Positions 19,594-30,361 of a stretch of DNA of 64,000 bases are shown in pieces (positions within the stretch are counted from its first letter, which is position 1; every line of letters starts with the position of its first letter). The notes below the pieces were generated by a model. That model saw only the letters and a list, made by a program, of their open reading frames with translations. It was not told where the DNA came from and made no database searches. A program made the position numbers and the translations under genes. The stretch is from Sedimentisphaerales bacterium (GTDB lineage: Bacteria > Planctomycetota > Phycisphaerae > Sedimentisphaerales > SM23-30), in NCBI GenBank assembly GCA_963663805.2, contig CAXXMR010000003.1:1-64000 (forward strand). Direction: 5' to 3'.

Positions 19594-20796
19594 ATGGAAA
19601 ACAAGAGTCTGACAAGTTGTCGTGGTTTTCGGGTGGCGGCGGTGCGGGCGGGCATCAAGCGCAGCGGCAAATATGATCTGGGGATAGTTGTCGCTGATGA
19701 GATGTGTACCGCGGCGGCGACCTTCACGACGAATAAAGTTGTAGCCCCATGTGTGGTTAGCAATCGACTGAAGATTCGTGGTGGCAAGGCTCAGGCGATT
19801 TTCGTCAACGCTGGCAACGCCAACACCTGCACCGGCCCGCGCGGCGAGAAGGATGTCGAGCGAATCTGTAGCCAGGTTGCCAAACATTTCAAAATCAGCC
19901 CGAATGCGGTGCTGGTCTGTTCGACCGGTATAATCGGTGAATATCTGCCGATGGAAAAAGTGCGGGCGGGTATCGACCAGGCCGCCGGCAGCGTTGCTGA
20001 CACTGCCGAGAACGGTGCGGACCTGGCCAAAGCGATTATGACGACCGATACCTGTGAAAAAACCGCGTATCGCGAGATTGCCATCGACAGCCAAACGGTT
20101 AAACTCGCCGGGATCGCCAAAGGTGCTGGAATGATAGCGCCGAACATGGCAACGATGCTGGCGTTTTTCACAACCGATGCCGATATTTCGTCGAATATGC
20201 TCAAGCGGGCGTTTAAGCACGCGGTGGCTTGGTCTTTCAATCATGTAACTATTGATAATCATATGAGTACGTCCGACAGTGCTATTATTCTGGCTTCGGG
20301 TAAGGCCGGCAATAAACGCATTACCAAAGTCGATGACAATTACCAGATTTTCGCTCAGGCTCTCATCGAGGTTTGTGATGATTTGGCTCGTCAGATGGCT
20401 GCTGACGGTGAAGGCGCCACTTGTGCGGTGACCGTTCGGGTAAAATCCGCCGCGAGTGTTCGCGATGCCCGTCGGGCCGTAAGGGCGATGGTTGACAGCC
20501 CTCTGGTGCGGACGGCTTTTAACGGGGCAGACCCCAACTGGGGGCGGGTTGTTAGTGCCGTAGGTTACAGCGGAGCAAAGTTTGACGTAAATTCGATGCT
20601 CTGTACTATTGCCGGCACAGCGGTTTTTCGCAAAGGACGTCCCTGTAATTTCGACGCCGCGAAGCTGAGCGAAAAAATGAAGGCGAAGTATTGGGAAGTA
20701 GTGGTCGAACTGGCCCAGGGTGATTTTGAGGACTACTGCTACACCTGCGATATATCAAAAGAGTACGTAGCTATCAACGCGGATTATCATACCTGA
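19594..20796 (+). CDS. argJ: Bifunctional ornithine acetyltransferase/N-acetylglutamate synthase
   Basis: NAGNANTCTG, STGIIG, AIMTTDT, KGAGMIAPNMATML (autocleavage Thr), DGEGAT, DPNWGR, YVAINADYHT. Confidence 0.97.
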   Translation: MENKSLTSCRGFRVAAVRAGIKRSGKYDLGIVVADEMCTAAATFTTNKVVAPCVVSNRLKIRGGKAQAIFVNAGNANTCTGPRGEKDVERICSQVAKHFKISPNAVLVCSTGIIGEYLPMEKVRAGIDQAAGSVADTAENGADLAKAIMTTDTCEKTAYREIAIDSQTVKLAGIAKGAGMIAPNMATMLAFFTTDADISSNMLKRAFKHAVAWSFNHVTIDNHMSTSDSAIILASGKAGNKRITKVDDNYQIFAQALIEVCDDLARQMAADGEGATCAVTVRVKSAASVRDARRAVRAMVDSPLVRTAFNGADPNWGRVVSAVGYSGAKFDVNSMLCTIAGTAVFRKGRPCNFDAAKLSEKMKAKYWEVVVELAQGDFEDYCYTCDISKEYVAINADYHT

Positions 20797-20802
20797 TAAA
20801 TA

Positions 20803-22215
20803 TCAGTTGGCATCGACCAGGGCGGAAATTTCGCGTACTACGGTAACTTTCTTGATGTTGTCGATGGTCTCAGGTTGATAAGGCGTGGGGAACTGGGCAT
20901 CGACCGTGTACCAGCCGTCGCCGTGGTCCTGACAGCGGGTTACAACTACGAGGGTATGGTCCAGGTCCAGTGCTTTGACTTTGGGGAACGAGAGAATCAG
21001 ATTGTCGTTGGCATTAAATTTTCGGTCGGTCAGAAATCCGACACCCATGCAGGAAATTTTATGGCCGACGACATCTTCACGGCTGCCCATAGTGATTTTG
21101 CTATTGATTTTCCTGACGCGACGCACACACATCGGCATTCTGAAATAATAATGCAGTTGTTGGGCCTTATCTTTATCGTTCAGCGAAATTCTGATGGCGT
21201 TATCTTTGTTAGTTTGCTCATCTTCGGCAATGGGCGCGGTTTTTTCAATCATCGAAGCGAAGGCGAAAAATATTTCCCGGTCATATTTCGAATCGGTTTC
21301 ATCTTCGATAATCTGCAAAGCTTCTGCGACGGTAAACGTTTTCGATCGGTAGGGCCTGACGGAAGTCATGGCGTCAAAACTATCGACAATCGCCGCCAGC
21401 CTGCCCATAGGGCTTATCTGTTCATGTTCCAGCCCGTTCGGATAGCCGCTGCCGTCCATTCTTTCGTGATGTTCCATGACGACACTCATAACGTCGTTGG
21501 GCAGGTTTGCCACCGATTTCAAATGTTTACTGCCGCGGGTCACGTGCGATTTAATAAGCTCAAATTCATCTTTGGTGAGTTTGTTGGGTGTGTTGAGTAA
21601 ATCGGCGGGGATGAAAATTTTACCGATGTCATGCAGCAGGCCCCCGGTTCCGATATTCTGGAGAGTCTGAGGGTCGGTCAGCCCCATTTTCCCTGCCAGG
21701 GCAATGGTCAGGCTGCATACGTTTACCATGTGACTGGCGGTATAGAAATCATGGTTGAAAGCATCGAACAGACTGCCGAAAGCACCGTGATCCTGCATGA
21801 TTAGCTGGACCGTGTTTTGGGCCAGGCGACTGGCCCGTTGTAATTCTTTTTCTTCGGGCGGGGCACTGAGAAGCTGATTACTCAGTTCGATGCTGGTAGA
21901 ATAAAGTATTTCAGATTTTCTCTCACGCTGTATCTTTTGGTCCGATACGATTTCCTGAAGTGCGTTTTCCATCGTCTCATAATATTGACGATGGTCTTTT
22001 ACTGAGACATAAACAAAAACTACCCCCGCATTCAGAAGTCGCTCTTTATCGTCGCGGTCGAATTCCAATCCCATAGTACTGTAAAGCGAATATTTTCCGC
22101 TGCTTGACAGATACAGTTCCAGCCCCGCCAGACTTTCTGTGGGTATGGATTCCAGAGGGACAGGCAGATAGCCGGCCTGAACGCATGTCTTCTTTTCTTG
22201 TTCTTCGTGCCCCAC
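20803..22215 (-). CDS. HD-GYP cyclic-dinucleotide phosphodiesterase with C-terminal degenerate PilZ-like domain
   Basis: GGLLHDIGK, HHERMDGSGYP, DSFDAMTSVRPYR; C-terminal beta-rich region with KISCMGVGF. Confidence 0.88.
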   Translation of the reverse strand: MGHEEQEKKTCVQAGYLPVPLESIPTESLAGLELYLSSSGKYSLYSTMGLEFDRDDKERLLNAGVVFVYVSVKDHRQYYETMENALQEIVSDQKIQRERKSEILYSTSIELSNQLLSAPPEEKELQRASRLAQNTVQLIMQDHGAFGSLFDAFNHDFYTASHMVNVCSLTIALAGKMGLTDPQTLQNIGTGGLLHDIGKIFIPADLLNTPNKLTKDEFELIKSHVTRGSKHLKSVANLPNDVMSVVMEHHERMDGSGYPNGLEHEQISPMGRLAAIVDSFDAMTSVRPYRSKTFTVAEALQIIEDETDSKYDREIFFAFASMIEKTAPIAEDEQTNKDNAIRISLNDKDKAQQLHYYFRMPMCVRRVRKINSKITMGSREDVVGHKISCMGVGFLTDRKFNANDNLILSFPKVKALDLDHTLVVVTRCQDHGDGWYTVDAQFPTPYQPETIDNIKKVTVVREISALVDAN

Positions 22216-22540
22216 GAGCGGTGTTTTCCTTATTGATGTACCGTGTTTAAGATTTAATCTATGGCTCTCATCGGGTCTTATAAGACCTTCCTTTAGTGGA
22301 TATTTAGATTTTCCTGTTTTTGTAGGTGACTATTGGGTGGTCCCATTTTTTTTTGTAATAGTCTCACCCGGACGATATTAATCAGGCAGAGGACGTGAAA
22401 ACGTTATTATGTTAATGTCCTCTAATTTTCAGTCGATAATTGCAGTGTCGAAAGTTTGAGTGTTGTTTAACAGGCCGATAGGCATTTTGGGAATGATATG
22501 AAGAACTGACAGGGTTCAGAACCAGAGGTAAGGGAAGATT

Positions 22541-23545
22541 ATGTCAGATATGACTGATTACAACGGGTCCGATAATCTTGATCCTCAGCGGGAGGAGCTG
22601 GAAAAACTGCTGGATGATGCCAATATCCCCTCGTTGCCCCAGGTGGCCTGTAAGCTTATAGAGTTGTGCAAAGACCCCAACGCTAACTTTGCTGATTTCG
22701 CGCGGGTGATAGAGTCCGATATGGGCTTGAGTTCGCGTCTGCTGCGGGTGGTAAATTCAGCGTTTTATGGTTTGAGGACCAAAGCGACAAATATTGAGCG
22801 GGCCATAAATGCTTTAGGTTTGAAATATGTGCGGTCAATCTGTTTGGGATTTCATCTAGTCGATACGCTCAGTCGTCTGGCGCCGGCGGGATTTGATATG
22901 AATGTCTTTTGGCAGGAAAGTCTGCTGCGGGCGGTTATTGCTCGCAGGATTGCCTCCAAGAGCTGTCCCGAACTGCGTGAAGAAGCGTTTCTGGTCGGTT
23001 TGCTCCAGAATTGCGGTATTCTGGTTCTTTGTCAGGTCTATGGTCCTGATTATGTAGACATCTGGTCGCGGGCTCGCAGCTCGCCGGCAACTTTGCATAT
23101 TCTGGAGCAGGAAACATTTCAATTAACGCATCTGGACGCGTCCGAGAGTCTTTGCCGACGCTGGAATCTGCCCGATTTGCTGGTATTGCCGATAGCTAAT
23201 CATCATCGGCCCAGCCAGAAACAATTTAGTTTTGATGAAACGGTTAAACTTTCGCAGGTGAGTTATTTCGTGGGTAATCTAGCCTTGAACGACCCGGAAG
23301 TCCTTTGTCCTGAAGATGACGGGTTGCTGGATTTATGCCGGACGGCATTTAGCATCGAAACCGAGGAACTGCTGAATATGCTCCGGCAGTCCAAGGATGA
23401 ATACGCCGGGGTGGTACAGCTCTTCTCCAAGTTTATCAACGAGCCGGTTAATGTCTCAGAGATTATCGAGAAGGCCCGCGGGCTGATAAGACATCTGGAC
23501 ACGGATGTGCCCAAAGAAATGCTCGAACCGGAAAAATACTGCTAA
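22541..23545 (+). CDS. HDOD domain protein
   Basis: IPSLPQVA, LSSRLLRVVNSAFYG, AINALG, FWQESL, GLLQNCG, RWNLP, IANHH. Confidence 0.9.
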   Translation: MSDMTDYNGSDNLDPQREELEKLLDDANIPSLPQVACKLIELCKDPNANFADFARVIESDMGLSSRLLRVVNSAFYGLRTKATNIERAINALGLKYVRSICLGFHLVDTLSRLAPAGFDMNVFWQESLLRAVIARRIASKSCPELREEAFLVGLLQNCGILVLCQVYGPDYVDIWSRARSSPATLHILEQETFQLTHLDASESLCRRWNLPDLLVLPIANHHRPSQKQFSFDETVKLSQVSYFVGNLALNDPEVLCPEDDGLLDLCRTAFSIETEELLNMLRQSKDEYAGVVQLFSKFINEPVNVSEIIEKARGLIRHLDTDVPKEMLEPEKYC

Positions 23546-23577
23546 ACCCGACTCGCCCAACAACTTGGTTTTAGCCG

Positions 23578-26010
23578 TCAGTCGTCATCTTTCTTGGCGG
23601 TTTTTTTCTTAGTGGTTTTCTTTTTAGCGGTCTTTTTAGTAGTAGTTTTATTCGCGGCGTTTTTTTTGGTTCTGCCCAGAAGTTCATCGGCTTTCTCATA
23701 GCTGTCCGGCGGCCAGACGCCTTGCTTCTGGAGTTCCTGAAGATTTTCAAGCTGTTTGATACTGATGATTGTCCGGCAGCGGGGGAATTTGCCGCAGCCG
23801 AGGAACGGGCCGCGCTTGCTCTCGCGAATTACCAGTTCACCGCCGCATTTGTAACATTTGATGCCGGAGGGCTTGGGCGGAGCTTTGGGCGGCAGGGGTT
23901 GACCTTCCTTATCGAGCTGCTGGGTGGTTTTGCATTCCGGGTAGTCGCTGCAACCTAGGAATGTACCGAAACGTCCTTTACGCAAAATCATCGGTTTGCC
24001 GCAATTGGGGCATTCGTATTCGGTGGTTTCCGGTTCGCATATCTTGCCTTCGCGGTCACAGGGAGACGCGAAATCACATTCCGGGTAGGCTGAGCAGGAA
24101 AGGAATCTGCCGTTTTTGCCAAACCGATAAACTAGTTGCTGTTCGCACTTGGGACATTTATATTCAGATGGCTGAGTCTCAGCCTTGGCATGAACCATTT
24201 CTTCGTGAGCACGTTCAAGATTTTCTTTGAACGGACCATAGAATTCACTTAATACCGCAACCCAGTCGAGGTGCTGCTCTTCGATTTTATCGAGCTGTTG
24301 CTCCATGTGGCTGGTGAAGGTGGTATCCATTACCTTGGGGAAATGCTCGGAAAGTTTATCGGTGACCACAATGCCCAGGTCGGTGGCGTGGAACTTGCGG
24401 TCGATTTGTTCGACGTAGCCGCGGTCCTGAATGGTAGAGATAATCGAAGCGTAAGTACTTGGCCGACCGATCCCTTCCGCTTCCAGAGTCTTTACCAGAG
24501 ATGCTTCGGTATAGCGGGCTGGCGGCGAAGTGAAATGCTGAGTTGGCTCGGTTTTGACTGGCCAGACCTGATTGCCTTCGCTTAGCTCCGGCAGAAGCTG
24601 GTCGCCGCTGCTCACCGAAACGCCGGTGACTTTCATGAAACCATCGAAAACGAGTTTGCGACCGTTGGCTTTGAATACCGCTTCGCCCAGTTCGGTCTGA
24701 CCTGTGATAGAAACACTGGTAACATCCCACTGGGCCGGGGTCATCTGGCAAGCCACAAAACGGTTCCAAATCAACTGATACAGCTTGAATTGTTCGTCGC
24801 TGAGGTCTTTCTTGAGATATTCCGGAGTGAGTGTTACGTCCGTGACCCGGACAGCTTCATGAGCTTCCTGAGCGGCTTTGTTGGATGAGCTGTAACGCAA
24901 GGGTGAGCCGGGCAGATAGTCGCTGCCATACTCTTTGCCGATGAAATCTCGCACGGAGCCAATCGCTTCGCTGGACAGGTTTGTGCTGTCAGTACGCATA
25001 TAGGTTATCAGACCTATACTGCCCAGCCCCGCAAGTTCGATACCTTCATAAAGCTGCTGGGCAACCCGCATCGTCCGGCGGGTGGTAAAGCCCAGGCGGT
25101 TCGCCGCGGCAACCTGCAAGCTTGAGGTGATAAATGGTGCCGAGGGTTTTGATTGCGTTCGGCGGGTTTTAACTTCGGCAATTTTGAATTCTGCTGATTG
25201 TAAAGCCTGATGAATTTTACGGGCTTCGGTTTCGTTATCGGGCCGGAAATGCTCACCGCCGACACTTGCCAGATTGGTTTCCAGGCAGTTTCTCTCAGCC
25301 AGCCATTCATTACGCTGCTGGTTGGTGGCATCCTTTTCTTTAAAACCGGCCAGGAATTTCTCATATTGTTCGGTGAGTTGCTCGTTCGCAGCAGTGCTGA
25401 AAATGCCGCTGAGTTTCCAGTATTCCTCAGGTACAAAAGCCAGAATCTCACGTTCGCGGGCGACCACCAGCTTGACCGCCACGGACTGTACTCGTCCTGC
25501 CGAAAGACCGCGGGCGACCTTTTTCCACAGCAGTGGGCTGATTTCGTAACCGACGATACGGTCCAGAATACGCCGGGCCTGCTGAGCGTTGACCTTGCCC
25601 ATATCCAGTTTATGGGGATTGGAAAACGCCTGCTGGATGGCACTTTTGGTAATAGAGTTAAAAACCACCCGCCGGGCCCGGTCGGATTCGACCTTGAGAA
25701 CCTCAGCCAGGTGCCAGGCAATAGCCTCACCTTCGCGATCCAAGTCAGTGGCCAGGTAGACTAAAGGGGCGTTCTGGGCAGCTTTTTTTAGGTCCGATAT
25801 GCGTTTTTTCTGAGTTGGTATGGTCTCATAAGTAGGAGTGAAGCCCGCCTCGACATCTACAGCCAGAGACTTACTGGGCAAGTCGCGGACATGACCCATA
25901 CTGGCCATAACGACATAGTCGCTGCCCAGATATTTATTGATGGTCCGGGCTTTGGCCGGTGATTCCACGATTACCAGAGAAGTTCCGCTTTTTGTAGATT
26001 TTGCTGCCAT
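23578..26010 (-). CDS. topA: DNA topoisomerase I
   Basis: LVIVESPAKA, ATDLDREGEAIAWH, SAGRVQS, ITYMRTDS (catalytic Tyr), GIGRPSTYA, three C4 zinc ribbons, Lys-rich tail. Confidence 0.98.
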   Translation of the reverse strand: MAAKSTKSGTSLVIVESPAKARTINKYLGSDYVVMASMGHVRDLPSKSLAVDVEAGFTPTYETIPTQKKRISDLKKAAQNAPLVYLATDLDREGEAIAWHLAEVLKVESDRARRVVFNSITKSAIQQAFSNPHKLDMGKVNAQQARRILDRIVGYEISPLLWKKVARGLSAGRVQSVAVKLVVAREREILAFVPEEYWKLSGIFSTAANEQLTEQYEKFLAGFKEKDATNQQRNEWLAERNCLETNLASVGGEHFRPDNETEARKIHQALQSAEFKIAEVKTRRTQSKPSAPFITSSLQVAAANRLGFTTRRTMRVAQQLYEGIELAGLGSIGLITYMRTDSTNLSSEAIGSVRDFIGKEYGSDYLPGSPLRYSSSNKAAQEAHEAVRVTDVTLTPEYLKKDLSDEQFKLYQLIWNRFVACQMTPAQWDVTSVSITGQTELGEAVFKANGRKLVFDGFMKVTGVSVSSGDQLLPELSEGNQVWPVKTEPTQHFTSPPARYTEASLVKTLEAEGIGRPSTYASIISTIQDRGYVEQIDRKFHATDLGIVVTDKLSEHFPKVMDTTFTSHMEQQLDKIEEQHLDWVAVLSEFYGPFKENLERAHEEMVHAKAETQPSEYKCPKCEQQLVYRFGKNGRFLSCSAYPECDFASPCDREGKICEPETTEYECPNCGKPMILRKGRFGTFLGCSDYPECKTTQQLDKEGQPLPPKAPPKPSGIKCYKCGGELVIRESKRGPFLGCGKFPRCRTIISIKQLENLQELQKQGVWPPDSYEKADELLGRTKKNAANKTTTKKTAKKKTTKKKTAKKDDD

Positions 26011-26391
26011 AACAATTAAGTATCTGTAATTTAATGTTTTATGGTTATTAAGCCCGGTTGCTTTTCCGGGCTCGCCTCAGTCGGTCTCGCTCTTTCCTAT
26101 CGGTGATATTGGCCTTGAGCCTGAGAAAACTTGTCAAACCCAATGCCAAAGCCGGATGTGACCGGTTAACCGAGCCAGAGGAGTATGTCAAGGCATTTTC
26201 CCTGGCGGATTTATTATTTGTTCCGGGCGGCCCATAAAAATCGCTCCTATAAGCTACTGAAAATTACGTAGTTATGAAATAAAAAAACTCATATTCTTTC
26301 TTTTCAATTCTCATTTGCCAGAGGCGAACTGCCGAATTATACTATCAGGCTTAGTATTTTGTCTAACCAATGGATTTTTAGGAGTTAGCAG

Positions 26392-28689
26392 ATGGATATG
26401 ATGCGATACCTTCGCAAGCATAAGCAGAAAATCATGATAGTGGTCGTTTTCTTTGTCGCGGTGATGTTTGGAATTCCCAGCATTCTAAACCAGTTGGCCC
26501 GCAGAAAAAACTCCGACCAGGTCATGGGCTTTTACACCGACAGCAACGGCGATAAAAAGGCGGTGGGGACGCTGGAGATTGGGGGGGCTGATTCTGATTT
26601 GAATATTTTGCGTTCATTGGGTATTGACCAGATTGCGCGTGGTCTGGCTTTTGCGGGCTTGCAGCAGCCGGAGGCGGGCGGTTCTAGTTATATCCCTGAA
26701 TTGGCGGTTCACCAGCTTCTTTTCGCGGACAGTTCATCTCGGAAGATGGTTCGGGCTGAGCTTATTCGGCGGATGGCGGGTCTGGGTGATATGGTCGGCG
26801 AATCTGTTCTGGAAAAAGTATTCGCGGATATCGATGCTATCGCGGCAGAAGATGCGGTTCGGGGTCGTTTGTATTATCTGCTGCTGGTTAATGAAGCTCA
26901 TGAGGCGGGTATCCGGGCTACTCACGAACAAGTGAGCGATTTGCTGAAATGGCGTAAGCAGCTCATGATGCAGGGTATGCAGGGTATGAGTCTGGAAGCT
27001 CTGCAGAACAGTATGAATATTTCAGAGAGTCGCCTTCTTTCGGCGGTGGCAAACTACATATCTATCATTCGTTATGCCCACAGTCTTACCCGCCCGATGG
27101 CTTTGACGGAGCCGGAACTGAAGACTTTGATTCAGAAGCGTATCGATGTGGAAAAGACCGAAGGCACTTTTGTGGCTTTTGATACTTCCATGCTTCGGGT
27201 CAAGGCGGGCGAGCCGACAGATGTGGAATTACAGGAGCTTTTCGATAAATATCGTACGGCTGAGCCGGGTGCGGGTGGTGATGACAACCCGTTTGGTCTG
27301 GGCTATAAACTGTCCGACCGGGTTAAGGTTGAATATATCAAGGCTGATGTTGCTCAATTGAAACAGACTTGCACCGCGGACTTTGAGGGATTGCCAATCG
27401 GCGAGCAGGAGGATTTGATTCAGCAATATTGGGCTGATAATCAGGCTGAGTTCACCGAACAAGTCAAGCCGGCTGAAGGTGTGGAAGATGCTCAGCCGGA
27501 ATATCGTGTCAAGTCGTTCGATGAGGTTGCCGACCAGGCCCGTGATTCGTATTTGCAGAAGCAGGCTGAAGATAAGGCTTTGCAGGTTTTGGCAGAAGCC
27601 AAACGTATGTCCGTGGGGGCTCTGGGTGAGCTGGCTGCCCGCGAAGCCAAATATAAGGACCGTGTCAAGGCCGCGGCAGATTACGACGGCATTACCAAAG
27701 AGCTTACCAGCACAGAAGTGCCTCTAAGCTATGGTTTGAGCAATTATCTTACCCCTGCCAGCGCTCAGGGTTTTCAGGGGTTCGGGCAGACTTACGTGGT
27801 TAAAAATGGCCGGGCGGTACAGTCGGTGCTGGCTTTGATGTTCCAGTGTGAACCTCTGATGGATAGTAAAGTCGATGAGCGTCTCCGTGATGAGATGGTG
27901 CGTTTGCTGGATGATATTGGTCCGGTTCTGACGCTGGATTACTCAGGTAATGCCAACGCTGCTTATCTGGTACGCGTGGTCGATGCTGAGAAACAGCGTG
28001 ACCCGGTTTCGATGGTGGATGATGGTTCCTACGGTGCGGCCGAGAATGTCCCGGCTGACGCTGAAGGCGGGGCAATTCACAAGCAACTGGTTCAGGACTG
28101 GAAAAGATTACGTAACTATGAACTGGTTCAGGCAAAGGCCCGTGAGTTTGCGGCGCAGGCGGGGGAGGATTGGGACAAGGCTTTTGAAGCTACTAACGCT
28201 GATTTTAATTCTGACCCGAACAATCCTATTCGTCCTTTGAGTTTGCGTCAGGTGCAGAGCCTGCGTGACGATATGCAGCGTTATCAGGAACAGTATCAGA
28301 AGATGGCTCAGCAGAATCAGGGCAGTGCTTCTTACTATGCCCGGATTATTCAGCAGCGGATGCAGACGGTTATGGAAGTGGCTGAATACGCCCGTGAGCA
28401 TAATGGTCAGGTGGTTGAGGGTCTGGCGGTTGTGCCGATGGCGTTAGACAGCAGTTGTCTGGTGTTCAAGGAACTGAAGTCGCCGGTGTTTGAGGAGGCG
28501 GAATACCTCAAGCGCAAGCCGATGGTTTCTCGCGAGCTTGTCATTCGCAATCAGCAGGTTATGGCTTTGGATTATTTCAATCCTGAGAATATCAAGACGC
28601 GTATGGGTTTTGAGTTTAAACATAGTGAGCAGGCGAAGGATGAGGAATCTGACGAGGCTGCTGCGGGTGAGGCTGAGACGGCTGGTTAA
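26392..28689 (+). CDS. Membrane-anchored PpiD/SurA N-terminal-domain chaperone-like protein
   Basis: MMRYLRKHKQK plus TM anchor as in PpiD, LLVNEAHEAGI SurA-N-like motif, RVKVEYI; no clear parvulin motif. Confidence 0.55.
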   Translation: MDMMRYLRKHKQKIMIVVVFFVAVMFGIPSILNQLARRKNSDQVMGFYTDSNGDKKAVGTLEIGGADSDLNILRSLGIDQIARGLAFAGLQQPEAGGSSYIPELAVHQLLFADSSSRKMVRAELIRRMAGLGDMVGESVLEKVFADIDAIAAEDAVRGRLYYLLLVNEAHEAGIRATHEQVSDLLKWRKQLMMQGMQGMSLEALQNSMNISESRLLSAVANYISIIRYAHSLTRPMALTEPELKTLIQKRIDVEKTEGTFVAFDTSMLRVKAGEPTDVELQELFDKYRTAEPGAGGDDNPFGLGYKLSDRVKVEYIKADVAQLKQTCTADFEGLPIGEQEDLIQQYWADNQAEFTEQVKPAEGVEDAQPEYRVKSFDEVADQARDSYLQKQAEDKALQVLAEAKRMSVGALGELAAREAKYKDRVKAAADYDGITKELTSTEVPLSYGLSNYLTPASAQGFQGFGQTYVVKNGRAVQSVLALMFQCEPLMDSKVDERLRDEMVRLLDDIGPVLTLDYSGNANAAYLVRVVDAEKQRDPVSMVDDGSYGAAENVPADAEGGAIHKQLVQDWKRLRNYELVQAKAREFAAQAGEDWDKAFEATNADFNSDPNNPIRPLSLRQVQSLRDDMQRYQEQYQKMAQQNQGSASYYARIIQQRMQTVMEVAEYAREHNGQVVEGLAVVPMALDSSCLVFKELKSPVFEEAEYLKRKPMVSRELVIRNQQVMALDYFNPENIKTRMGFEFKHSEQAKDEESDEAAAGEAETAG

Positions 28690-28717
28690 GAGTTTTGGCC
28701 CAAAGAAATTGATTTTG

Positions 28718-28747
28718 AAACCCTGGGTTTTTGCCCGGGGTTTTTTT
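28718..28747 (+). terminator. Rho-independent terminator
   Basis: AAACCCTGGGT / GCCCGGGGTTT stem ending in T7. Confidence 0.75.
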
Positions 28748-28912
28748 ATGGTTTGTTCGGCAGGGAATAGTCTGTCCGGGGGTGCGGGCTCTGATATTCG
28801 GTGCTGAATCGCGCTCTGGGTGGGGGTGCGGAAGTGCGGTGGGGGTGTTACCAAAACGCGGTGAAAAGTTGGCGCGATTTGGACTGAAACGACCGTTTTT
28901 TGGCGTTTTTTG

Positions 28913-30361
28913 CAATCCTGTTCGGCACATTTATTGCTTTAGGCTTTTGGCCTCCTGTATTTTTTTTAAAAAAAACCCGAAATGTTAAGATAGGTAATTT
29001 GCGCTCGAGGGATATTTATGCTCTAATAGGAGGCATGAGTGCTAAGCGTCAGAAAATCCAGGAGCGGGACCTGCGTGGGTTCAAGTATTTCAAGTCCCTC
29101 TCGGCTCTGCTGAAAGGTCTTCACTCGGCGGGATGTGAGCGGGACCGGGCCGGCAATCGCACATTATTCATGGACCAGTATGTCAGTCTGCTGCTGTTAT
29201 ACATGTTCAATCCGATCTGCAGTTCCATCCGGTCTTTGCAGCAGGCCGGCGAGCTCAAAAAAGTACAGCGGCTGTTGGGCTGCTCACGGGCTTCGCTGGG
29301 TTCGCTTTCGGAAGCATCCCGGGTTTTTGAGAGTTCTTTGTTAGAGCCGATAATCGCTCAACTCACTGAGCAGTTAGGGCCGATATCTCAGGACAAAAAA
29401 CTGGAAGTCGGTCAGGTCATTACCCTGGTGGACGGCAGCAGTATTCAGGCTTTGCAAAAACTCACTCAGGCTGCCTGGGACACCGACAAACCCGGAATTA
29501 AAGCACACACTCAGTTTGATCTGGAAAAATATGTGCCTCTGAAAATAAATATCAGTGAAGACAAGTCTGATGAGCGAAAGGTTTTTTTAGAGAATCTTCA
29601 GCCCGGCCGGATTTATGTCAATGATCGCGGATATGCCTGTTTTAAGCTGTTTCAGGCCATTGTGGATAGTAAAAGCTCTTTTGTCTGTCGGCTGCGTGAG
29701 GATACGGTTTACGAAACTATTCAGGAAAAACCTTTAACTGAAGATGCTCGAAAAGCGGGGATAATTTTTGATCGTACGGTAATCGCCGGCAGCAGTGAAA
29801 AACTGCGGGAAGATTTCAAACAACCGTTACGCCTGATAGCGGTTGAATGTCAACCGCATTTGAAACGGGGCCAGGGACCACGTCAGAGTGAGATGATTTT
29901 GATTGCCACCGACCGGCTGGACCTGGACGCCGAAGTCATTGCCCTGCTCTATCAGAAACGCTGGGCCATCGAAATATTTTTCCGCTTTTTTAAGCATGTG
30001 CTGGGCTGCCGACATCTGCTAAGCCTCTGCGAAAACGGTATCGAACTGCAGATGTACGCCGCGATTATCGCCTGTATGCTGATCAGCCTGTGGACGGGCA
30101 AAAAACCAACTTTAAGAACCTACGAAATGCTCTGCTGGCACCTCTGCGGCATGGCCGACGAGCAAGAAATGCAGAACCATATCAATAAACTCCAAAGCCA
30201 AAACTAAGGCCGATCCTCAAAAAAATCGCCGCTGCCGCTGATGCTGCGCCAAAATAACCAGTGCCGACAGTCCCACTGAGGGATAATCCCCGCTAAATCA
30301 TATGAACTGCAAAGACCACAGAAAAACTGTATTTGAGCAATAAATGTGCCGAACAGGATTG
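28913..30361 (+). mobile_element. Complete IS4-family insertion sequence, 1449 bp
   Basis: Perfect 26-bp terminal inverted repeats CAATCCTGTTCGGCACATTTATTGCT (28913-28938) and its reverse complement (30336-30361); flanked by CGTTTTTTG (28904-28912) and CGTTTTTTTG (30362-30371). Confidence 0.95.
29035..30207 (+). CDS. IS4-family DDE transposase, 390 aa
   Basis: LVDGS, VNDRGY and YQKRWAIEIFFRFFK (Y-2-R-3-E-6-K signature); AGGAGG RBS before ATG 29035. The ORF-track start at 28900 lies outside the inverted repeat. Confidence 0.95.
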   Translation: MSAKRQKIQERDLRGFKYFKSLSALLKGLHSAGCERDRAGNRTLFMDQYVSLLLLYMFNPICSSIRSLQQAGELKKVQRLLGCSRASLGSLSEASRVFESSLLEPIIAQLTEQLGPISQDKKLEVGQVITLVDGSSIQALQKLTQAAWDTDKPGIKAHTQFDLEKYVPLKINISEDKSDERKVFLENLQPGRIYVNDRGYACFKLFQAIVDSKSSFVCRLREDTVYETIQEKPLTEDARKAGIIFDRTVIAGSSEKLREDFKQPLRLIAVECQPHLKRGQGPRQSEMILIATDRLDLDAEVIALLYQKRWAIEIFFRFFKHVLGCRHLLSLCENGIELQMYAAIIACMLISLWTGKKPTLRTYEMLCWHLCGMADEQEMQNHINKLQSQN

